In this document: piece by piece, positions 23,436-30,513 of the stretch | Layout: each line of letters opens with the position of its first letter | Numbering within the stretch: the stretch's first letter is position 1 | Assembly (NCBI RefSeq): GCF_018336915.1 | Contig: NZ_CP064923.1 | Coordinates: 5,040,001-5,072,000, forward strand | Origin: Acaryochloris marina S15 | GTDB taxonomy: Bacteria; Cyanobacteriota; Cyanobacteriia; Thermosynechococcales; Thermosynechococcaceae | DNA: 32,000 bases | Direction of reading: 5' to 3' | Notes under the pieces: generated by a model | Told to the model about the DNA's origin: nothing | The model's input: only the letters and a program-made list of their open reading frames with translations | The model's database searches: none | Translations under genes and position numbers: made by a program

Positions 23436-24815
23436 ATGAAAGTCTGTGTGATTGGAACAGGTTATGTCGGTCTGGTGACTGGCGCTTGTTTAGCTCGCAT
23501 TGGTCATCACGTCATTTGTGTTGATAACAACGAAGAAAAAGTCAAAGTCATGCAGGCTGGCCAGTCTCCTATTTTTGAGCCTGGTTTATCGGAAATTCTG
23601 CGTGAGTCCATTGATGCTGGCAATATTGAGTTCACAACGGACTTAAAGGCTGGCGTTGAACATGGCGACATCTTATTTATTGCTGTGGGCACCCCTGCAC
23701 TGCCCACGGGCGAAAGTGACACTCGCTATGTTGAGGCGGTCGCCAGAGGCATTGGCTCCCACTTAACAGGCGACTATAAAGTCATTGTCAATAAATCAAC
23801 GGTCCCCATTGGATCGGGTGACTGGGTCAAGATGATTGTGCTAGAAGGCTTAGCCGAAGCTAAAAAACAGGCTGGAGGTGCCGTCGATACGTCTAATTTA
23901 GACAGCAAAGGCTTGTTTGATGTCGTCAGCAATCCCGAATTCCTCCGGGAAGGCTCTGCCGTCTTTGACACCTTTAACCCCGATCGCATCGTCTTAGGGG
24001 GGGCCGATCCCAATGCGATCGCAAAAATGCAGCAACTCTACGAACCGATCGTCAAACGACAGTTCGCCGAAGATCAGTCCCTCCCGCCCGTACCAGTAGT
24101 TGTCACTGATCTCAGCTCTGCTGAAATGGTGAAGTATGCTGCGAACGCCTTTTTGGCCACCAAAATCAGCTTTATCAATGAGGTCGCTAATATTTGCGAT
24201 CGCGTGGGTGCTGACGTCGTCCAAGTCGGTAAAGGTATTGGTTTAGACTCCCGAATTGGCAGTAAATTTCTCCAAGCTGGCCTCGGCTGGGGAGGCTCCT
24301 GCTTCCCGAAAGACGTTTCAGCCTTGGTGCATACTGCCACGGACTATGGCTATGAAGCCATCTTGCTAGAGTCCACTATCAAAGTGAACCGGCATCAGCG
24401 GGTGATCGTGATTGAGAAACTGCAGCAAACCCTGAAGATTCTGAAGGGTAAAACCGTGGGTCTGTTGGGTTTAACCTTTAAGCCCGATACAGATGACATG
24501 AGGGATGCGCCAGCCCTCACCCTGATTGATGAACTCAATCGCCTAGGAGCCAAAGTGAAGGCCTATGACCCCTTGCTATCCCAAAGTGGATCGAGTCATG
24601 GTCTATCCAACGTCAGCGTAGAAACTGATGTGGAACGTTTGGCCGATCATTGCGACGCACTAGTGCTTGTCACTGATTGGGAAGTCTTTGAAACGCTGGA
24701 TTATAAGCGGATGGCGGAACTGATGACCCACCCTGTGCTCATCGATGGCCGTAACTTCCTCAATCGCAAGATGCTGGAAGAAGCTGGCTTTCAATATGTT
24801 GGCATAGGTCACTAA
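23436..24815 (+). CDS. ugd: UDP-glucose 6-dehydrogenase
   Basis: 459-aa ORF: MKVCVIGTGYVGLVTGACLA; NPEFLREGSA; the catalytic Cys context GWGGSCFPKD; and GLTFKPDTDDMRDAP. Confidence 0.93.
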   Translation: MKVCVIGTGYVGLVTGACLARIGHHVICVDNNEEKVKVMQAGQSPIFEPGLSEILRESIDAGNIEFTTDLKAGVEHGDILFIAVGTPALPTGESDTRYVEAVARGIGSHLTGDYKVIVNKSTVPIGSGDWVKMIVLEGLAEAKKQAGGAVDTSNLDSKGLFDVVSNPEFLREGSAVFDTFNPDRIVLGGADPNAIAKMQQLYEPIVKRQFAEDQSLPPVPVVVTDLSSAEMVKYAANAFLATKISFINEVANICDRVGADVVQVGKGIGLDSRIGSKFLQAGLGWGGSCFPKDVSALVHTATDYGYEAILLESTIKVNRHQRVIVIEKLQQTLKILKGKTVGLLGLTFKPDTDDMRDAPALTLIDELNRLGAKVKAYDPLLSQSGSSHGLSNVSVETDVERLADHCDALVLVTDWEVFETLDYKRMAELMTHPVLIDGRNFLNRKMLEEAGFQYVGIGH

Positions 24816-24821
24816 TCCGCA

Positions 24822-24859
24822 GCCGCATCGAGCTTAAGATCCAACTGGCTCGATGCGGC
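24822..24859. terminator. Candidate bidirectional terminator hairpin between convergent ugd and the dipeptidase gene
   Basis: Perfect 12-bp inverted repeat: GCCGCATCGAGC (24822-24833), a 14-nt loop, then GCTCGATGCGGC (24848-24859). It starts 7 nt after the ugd stop. The loop holds the minus-strand stop codon, and the right arm encodes the last residues of the dipeptidase. Confidence 0.45.
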
Positions 24860-25592
24860 CATAGCGCGCCTTAAAGGTGAGATGGGGCTGTTCAAGTTGA
24901 TTGAGCCAGGCCCACATCTGATCGCCTAAGGAAAAATGCCACCACTCTTGTTGATGGCGCTGAAAGCCTACCTTTTGCATGGCTTCACACATAATCCTAC
25001 GGTTCTGATCGGCTTGCTCGGCAAGCCGTTTTTCGTTGGGTGAGGTTTGAGGATTGGCGGCAAGATCCGCAAAGTAGTGGGGATGCGATCGCGCCGACAA
25101 TTCATCAATCTCTGACCCCATAAATACAGGTTCGTTAGTTGTCCAATCAAACAGGGTGATATCTACCGCAGCACCCGTACTGTGAGGGGGAGGTGATTTA
25201 GGATCCACATTAGGAGGCGCCCATAACCCATATACCTCCTGCCATGCTTCTTCTTTCTGACTGGGCGATAAGGTTTCTGGTTGCCAGCCTTTCTCTTGGA
25301 GAACTTGAGCATAGGTGAAATTCACCATAAAGGTCTGCACCGCAATGGGGCGGTAGGCATCAAAGATCATAATTTGCCAGTGGGGCTGAAGCTGCTGGAG
25401 ATAGCCTTGGGCAGATTGGAGAGCTTCTAGCACACTCTCCCGGAGAAAATAGGGAGAGGCCTGCTCATAGGGGGCACCTAAAACTTGATAAGGGTGAGGA
25501 GTTTCAAAGGCAAAGCGATCCTGGGGAATGGGTAGTAGGGTCTCCCCCGATTCAACAATCGGCATTTGCAAATAAGGCTTGCTGATTGGCAT
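24834..25592 (-). CDS. VanX/DdpX-like D-alanyl-D-alanine dipeptidase (M15 family metallopeptidase)
   Basis: 252-aa ORF with IFDAYRP, the zinc ligands in PPHSTGAAVDITL, and the EWWHF motif. Confidence 0.8.
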   Translation of the reverse strand: MPISKPYLQMPIVESGETLLPIPQDRFAFETPHPYQVLGAPYEQASPYFLRESVLEALQSAQGYLQQLQPHWQIMIFDAYRPIAVQTFMVNFTYAQVLQEKGWQPETLSPSQKEEAWQEVYGLWAPPNVDPKSPPPHSTGAAVDITLFDWTTNEPVFMGSEIDELSARSHPHYFADLAANPQTSPNEKRLAEQADQNRRIMCEAMQKVGFQRHQQEWWHFSLGDQMWAWLNQLEQPHLTFKARYGRIEPVGS

Positions 25593-25739
25593 ACCAAAAA
25601 CTCAAGCTAGAGGGAATACGCGGATATCAGAACATTGGTGGTGTCTTTAATAAAGGAAATCCGTGCTGAATTTCCCCCATCCAACAATACCCATGGGCTG
25701 ACAACTCCAACAACAATAGCGAACTCTCCCAATAGATTG

Positions 25740-26618
25740 CTACCCCGATGACGTAGAGTTTGCAGGCTCTCTAGTTCTCGCCCGTTCACTGGGTAATCCA
25801 TACCGATTTCTTTTGTAGCTGTCTAACTGGATGTCACCTAAATTGACATCTGATAAATCTGCTCCTCGCCATGAAGTGTGGGCAAAGTCTTTCAGTTCGA
25901 GTAAAAGATTGGCAATCACTTGGAGCGTTATCCCCAAAAAGACGAGACAGAGTACACTCCAACCAACCCCTGCCACGAGTTGTTGGACATTCAACAGGCT
26001 ACTAGCTCGGGTACCACTAAAAAAGCAAAACCCATAAGCCGCACAACCACCGACGGTATAAATTGCTAGGGTGACCAGCCGAGTCCTGGTAAAAGCACTC
26101 ATTACAACTGTGAAGGCTCCCGCAATACAGGCAGTCATAACTGCAGCCTGAGGATCATTCTTCAGCATGACCCCACCATAGAAAAAGCCTAATAGCGCCC
26201 CTATGGTCAGAGCTGCGATGGGCTTTACTCGTCGTCTACGGGGACAAATCGCACTACTGATACCTGCACTAGCTAGAAACCCTAGCAAGGCCATGAGGTA
26301 AGGATAGGTTGACACCTCAGCAGTGACTCCCAATCCCCCAAAGAGCATCTGACTCATGGCATAAAAGGCCAGCCCTACAAAATCGATCACGACCAATAGA
26401 CCGATTAAGATAGATTCAGGACCATAACCTACCCTAGCTCGATCAAAATTGGCCCCTTTTAATTGAGCCAAATCGAAACTACATCCTCGAAGATCAGAAC
26501 CACTAAAATTGGCCTGCTGTAAATTCTGACCTCGAAAGGAACGATTCCGGAGGTTCCGGTTAGACCACTTGTGTACTTCAGTCATGCAACGATTAAAAAT
26601 TTGGGGATGGGCAGCCAT
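25740..26618 (-). CDS. Pentapeptide-repeat protein with a polytopic membrane core
   Basis: 292-aa ORF. N-terminal pentapeptide repeats (FRGQNLQQANFSGSDLRGCSFDLAQLKGANFDRARV) are followed by about 5-6 hydrophobic helices, then a C-terminal repeat remnant (WRGADLSDVNLGDIQL). The alternative start ATG 26585 (MTEVHKW) is equally possible. Confidence 0.8.
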   Translation of the reverse strand: MAAHPQIFNRCMTEVHKWSNRNLRNRSFRGQNLQQANFSGSDLRGCSFDLAQLKGANFDRARVGYGPESILIGLLVVIDFVGLAFYAMSQMLFGGLGVTAEVSTYPYLMALLGFLASAGISSAICPRRRRVKPIAALTIGALLGFFYGGVMLKNDPQAAVMTACIAGAFTVVMSAFTRTRLVTLAIYTVGGCAAYGFCFFSGTRASSLLNVQQLVAGVGWSVLCLVFLGITLQVIANLLLELKDFAHTSWRGADLSDVNLGDIQLDSYKRNRYGLPSERARTREPANSTSSG

Positions 26619-27498
26619 CTGTTTTAGTTTACTAACCCCTTTGTACTGTTATGGCAGATCACAATGGCAACGTCCGGCCCAAACCCCTCAAATACAGCAA
26701 TTGTTTGCCGGTATTACTTACCAACGGCAAGTTCATAGTTCTCCTCGCCCCTATATCGTTCATATTGCCAAAATTAATCTCACCCATCCTGGTATTAGAT
26801 TAATCGCAACCCCAGGGCAGCCTGCAGACGATGACAATGAATTCCATGCCGAACCCACCTCAGCCTTTCTCACCCAATTTCGCCTGCAGTTGGCCATGAA
26901 TGCAGGCTATTTCTACCATTTCACCGAAAAAACCCCTTGGGATTATGCACCGCATGTTGGCGGTCGGGTGAATGTATTAGGGCAGTCCATCAGCATGGGA
27001 CAACAATATTCTCCTCCTCAGAAAACGTGGCCTGTCCTCTGCTTTGATCAAAACCAGCAGGGCACAATTGTGGAAACAGGACGTTGTCCACCTGACACTC
27101 TCCATGCTGTAGCTGGCAACTATATCCTTCGCCCTGATCAACCACTAAAGTTAGACCCAGATAAACCCTATGCCCGTTCCATCGCGGCATTAGACCAAGC
27201 TGGGACAACCCTCTGGCTGATAGTAGTGGATGGCAAACAGCCCGACTACAGTGAAGGAGCAACCCTTGCTGATATTGAGCAACTGATCAAAAAACTTGGA
27301 GCTGATGTTGCAATCAACCTTGATGGTGGCGGATCCGCCACCTTAGTAACATCTACCAGATCCGGAGCAAAACTTTTGAATGCGCCGATCCATGGCAAAT
27401 GGCCCATGAATGAACGGCCCGTTGCTACCCATTTAGGTATCTATGCCTCACCCATAGGGGAAATGGCTGATGCCAAACTAGATTCTGGACAGCCCTGA
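26584..27498 (+). CDS. Secreted phosphodiester glycosidase family protein (DUF2233/NAGPA-like)
   Basis: ATG 26584 gives a signal peptide (MQRLKIWGWAAICFSLLTPLYCYG), and the ORF is also open from TTG 26569. Family-typical segments are LAMNAGYF, SIAALDQAGTTLWLIVVDG and AINLDGGGSATLV. Confidence 0.8.
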   Translation: MQRLKIWGWAAICFSLLTPLYCYGRSQWQRPAQTPQIQQLFAGITYQRQVHSSPRPYIVHIAKINLTHPGIRLIATPGQPADDDNEFHAEPTSAFLTQFRLQLAMNAGYFYHFTEKTPWDYAPHVGGRVNVLGQSISMGQQYSPPQKTWPVLCFDQNQQGTIVETGRCPPDTLHAVAGNYILRPDQPLKLDPDKPYARSIAALDQAGTTLWLIVVDGKQPDYSEGATLADIEQLIKKLGADVAINLDGGGSATLVTSTRSGAKLLNAPIHGKWPMNERPVATHLGIYASPIGEMADAKLDSGQP

Positions 27499-27517
27499 GT
27501 AAACCATCAACTCGAAG

Positions 27518-28201
27518 TTAGGGAGTATGCCGAAAAACATTCTCCTGTCCAACCTCTAGCTGGGTTTGTAGCCCTGATCGGGATATAGTCTGCTTCAGAA
27601 TCTGTTTTGCTGGATCAGATTTGAGAACCGTTTGATAGGGTTTTTGGCCTCGATAGTTGCCAGGTGGGTTGTAATTGCACACCCAAATTTCTTGAGAACC
27701 AGAGCGAATATTGGCACAACCCACTTCCGTCGTTTTCTGCCAAACCAGCTGAGTATAGTGACCACAGACCCCCGAGCAGCGATTGGTCTCGTAATCATAG
27801 TGCTTGATTTCATCCCCCCACATATTCACCACTTGGGTCGGTGACAGTTGTTGGTGAGCCGCCCACGTTAAGTTCTCACCGTAGGGATTATTAGGACGGT
27901 GGTAGAGCCGAAAATTATCGTTAGCTAAATGATTAGCCCAGGCTTGGGCATGGGTTGCCAAATCATCCGACCAAGTGAGCGGGGGAATACCCGTTCGCTG
28001 ACGCCATTGATTATGAGCCTCCAGCATCTCATGTGACCACGTTGGGCGATGAGAACTATGACTGGTAGAGGCTTGGATATTAGATGGGTTGACTGGCTGA
28101 GAAGAATGGTCTGTACAAGCTAGCGCAATCGATGTTGCGACACTACCAACACCCACCAAACTAAAAACAAGAAAGAATGAAGAATATAGCTTACGCAGCA
28201 T
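27518..28201 (-). CDS. Secreted CAP/SCP/PR-1 domain protein
   Basis: 227-aa ORF with a signal peptide (FFLVFSLVGVGSVATSIALA). CAP motifs are present (HNQWRQ; GENL; GHYTQLVWQKTTEVGCA; CNYNPPGNYRGQKPY). Confidence 0.88.
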   Translation of the reverse strand: MLRKLYSSFFLVFSLVGVGSVATSIALACTDHSSQPVNPSNIQASTSHSSHRPTWSHEMLEAHNQWRQRTGIPPLTWSDDLATHAQAWANHLANDNFRLYHRPNNPYGENLTWAAHQQLSPTQVVNMWGDEIKHYDYETNRCSGVCGHYTQLVWQKTTEVGCANIRSGSQEIWVCNYNPPGNYRGQKPYQTVLKSDPAKQILKQTISRSGLQTQLEVGQENVFRHTP

Positions 28202-28696
28202 AGTAAAACATAAACAAATTAATTGACATAGATGAATTACCTAGCCTAGAGATAATTCAAACCATAAAAAATACCCATATAGAAATAAATAGGCACTAAA
28301 AAACATGGCCTATTCTTAAGTTTCATATATTCAATCACTCCAGCAGAATATGGAGTGACCGAACAGAATAGACAATTATTTTTTTCTAAAAGAACAAAAG
28401 ATTGGCATCGTTTCCTGGAATGGACTCCACCAACGACTGATCAACCCTATTTCTGTGCTCTAAATCCACCAAAAACCAACAGCGGCTATATCCTATATAA
28501 CTGACGAAGAAAGGAAAATAGTCCAGTAGAAATACCGAATTCTCTAATATGGCTACTTTAAATCCTAAATATTTCCCGGAATTAAAACCATTTCAAAACT
28601 ATTAAAAAACGGAAAGTACCGCCACAGATCGATCAGCTTCATAGAGAAGAGCAGGAATTTGAGCAACTAATGCCATAAATTATTTGGTTCTATAAT

Positions 28697-30307
28697 TCAC
28701 ATAAAATCTGTGGCATTGAGTAAATGTTTTTCTAATGTGGATTGTGGCAGAGGACCTTGCAAGTGAGACCAAGGTAAAATTTGATCCGTTGACCATTCTT
28801 GAAAAACGTAAAAGTCTAAAGGAGGGATTTGCCCTCGAAGTTGCTTAAATGCTCGACGATAGCTCCCTAGGGAATCACCAAAGTGTCGAGTCAGTTCTAA
28901 TAGATGGGAAACTCGTCTATCACCGCGGGCAAGTAAAGCCTGAATAATTGACCATTTATAGCTTTCAGGCCTAAAGTCAATCCCTTGCGCTCGCAACTTC
29001 TTCTGCATCAATTGCAGGGACTTTTTGGCTGTGGGATTCACGCCAAACCACTGAAAGGGCGTATGGGCTTTGGGGACAAAGGTGCTGCATCCTAAGGTTA
29101 ATCGCAGCCCAGGCACCTCTTTCTTTAACTGCAGCATTAGATCAATCGTCGCTTCGACGTCAGAGTCCATTTCCCCTGGAATACCCACCATCCCATACAG
29201 TTTTATACCTTTCAGTTGACCTTCATAGGCATTGGCAGCCGCTTGGTGAATCTCATCATTTTGTAATTTCTTATTGATAATCTGCCGCAATCGCTCAGAG
29301 CCACTTTCAATGGCAATGGTAATAGAGCGAGTATCACGCTGAGCAAGCACCTGAGCCAACTTAACCGTCACAGTATTGGTCCGCACGGATGCAATACTCA
29401 AACGCACCTGATCTCGGTCTGCATGGGCAAAGTAGTCGATCAGCTGATCAAACTCTGGATGTTGGGTTACAGAGGCCCCTAAAAGGCCAATGCGTTTGGT
29501 AACAGCGAGTCCTTTTTCGATTTGGGGGAGTAACGTTTGGGTCGCATCTGGGGTCCGAAAGGGCAGCGTTAAATAGCTGGCTAGGCAAAAACGGCACATT
29601 TCTGGACAACTGCGCACCACCTCTACCATATAGATACTTTCCCAAGCCGCCTTGGGGGTGACGACCGTTGAGGCTGACAAGGTATTGCCGCGATAGGTCT
29701 GTTTTTGGACTTGGGCTGGCACGTCTGCAGAGTTGGGTTTGATAGTTGCGATCGCACCCTCCGATGCCTGGTATTGCACCTCATACAAACTGGGAATATA
29801 CACCCCCGGCACTTGTGCCAAAGTCAGCAGCTGGGTAGAACGATCAGCTTGATAAACCGTCTGAAACGTATCCACAAACTGCCCCAGCAACTCTTCGCCA
29901 TCCCCCAGCAGAATCACATCAAAGAAATCAGCAAAGGGTTCGGGATTCGCAGTGAGCACTGGCCCGCCCCCAAAGACTAAGGGATGGGCCGCAGTCCGGT
30001 GCTCACTACGCAACGGAATATCCAAATCCTCCAACATCTGCAAAATATTGGCATAATCCAATTCCCAGGACAGAGAAAAACCCAATAGTTGGGGCTGTTG
30101 GGGTAAGGGTTCATGGACATCTGTGAAAAGTCGGCTAACCTGTAGATCAGAGCGTGCACACAGCATGGCCCAAACGACCTGGAAGCCCAAACTAGTAATT
30201 CCTACACAGTAAGTGTTTGGAAATGCGAAAATAAGCGGAAGCCTATTGGGTGTTGGCGTTCCTGGTGTAAACAATAATTGCTCTGATTGAAAGATTGAGG
30301 TTGACAC
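28697..30307 (-). CDS. Radical SAM protein with an N-terminal B12-binding-like domain (TIGR03960-like, function unknown)
   Basis: 536-aa ORF with a CX3CX2C motif (SCPEMCRFCLASY). The N-terminus LIFAFPNTYCVGITSLGFQVVWAML resembles the FPD.YEVGMS.LG.QILY start of that family, as I recall it. Confidence 0.8.
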   Translation of the reverse strand: MSTSIFQSEQLLFTPGTPTPNRLPLIFAFPNTYCVGITSLGFQVVWAMLCARSDLQVSRLFTDVHEPLPQQPQLLGFSLSWELDYANILQMLEDLDIPLRSEHRTAAHPLVFGGGPVLTANPEPFADFFDVILLGDGEELLGQFVDTFQTVYQADRSTQLLTLAQVPGVYIPSLYEVQYQASEGAIATIKPNSADVPAQVQKQTYRGNTLSASTVVTPKAAWESIYMVEVVRSCPEMCRFCLASYLTLPFRTPDATQTLLPQIEKGLAVTKRIGLLGASVTQHPEFDQLIDYFAHADRDQVRLSIASVRTNTVTVKLAQVLAQRDTRSITIAIESGSERLRQIINKKLQNDEIHQAAANAYEGQLKGIKLYGMVGIPGEMDSDVEATIDLMLQLKKEVPGLRLTLGCSTFVPKAHTPFQWFGVNPTAKKSLQLMQKKLRAQGIDFRPESYKWSIIQALLARGDRRVSHLLELTRHFGDSLGSYRRAFKQLRGQIPPLDFYVFQEWSTDQILPWSHLQGPLPQSTLEKHLLNATDFM

Positions 30308-30513
30308 TTAAACTAGAGACACTTTGAGGTCTAGAAGAGGCTAATGTAACAGTATTTAGGTTTAAACATCTTTACATATGTGTTAGCTCTCCAACACTCT
30401 CAGGTAAAAATAGCTTTAATACTATCGTCCAGGTGATGTATCTCTATTAGTCTCATGAATATGGGCAATATTTAGATACTGACTGACAAGGACCCCATCC
30501 GTTAATTACGCAC

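Noticed and set aside
25607-25801. A 64-aa minus-strand ORF (MDYPVNGRELESLQTLRHRG...) bridging the pentapeptide-repeat gene end and the dipeptidase start. It could be a small gene, or evidence of a frameshift in the pentapeptide gene.
   Set aside because: It has no recognisable motif or RBS and overlaps the 3' end of the pentapeptide ORF by 62 nt. The pentapeptide protein already ends after a complete-looking C-terminal repeat region. It remains unresolved but is not supportable as a feature.
27518-28696. The CAP-domain gene plus the adjacent AT-rich gap as a horizontally acquired islet.
   Set aside because: There are no integrase, tRNA, direct-repeat boundaries or mobile-element genes, and I cannot compute codon usage here. 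Absence of HIP1 in one 684-nt gene is not significant on its own.
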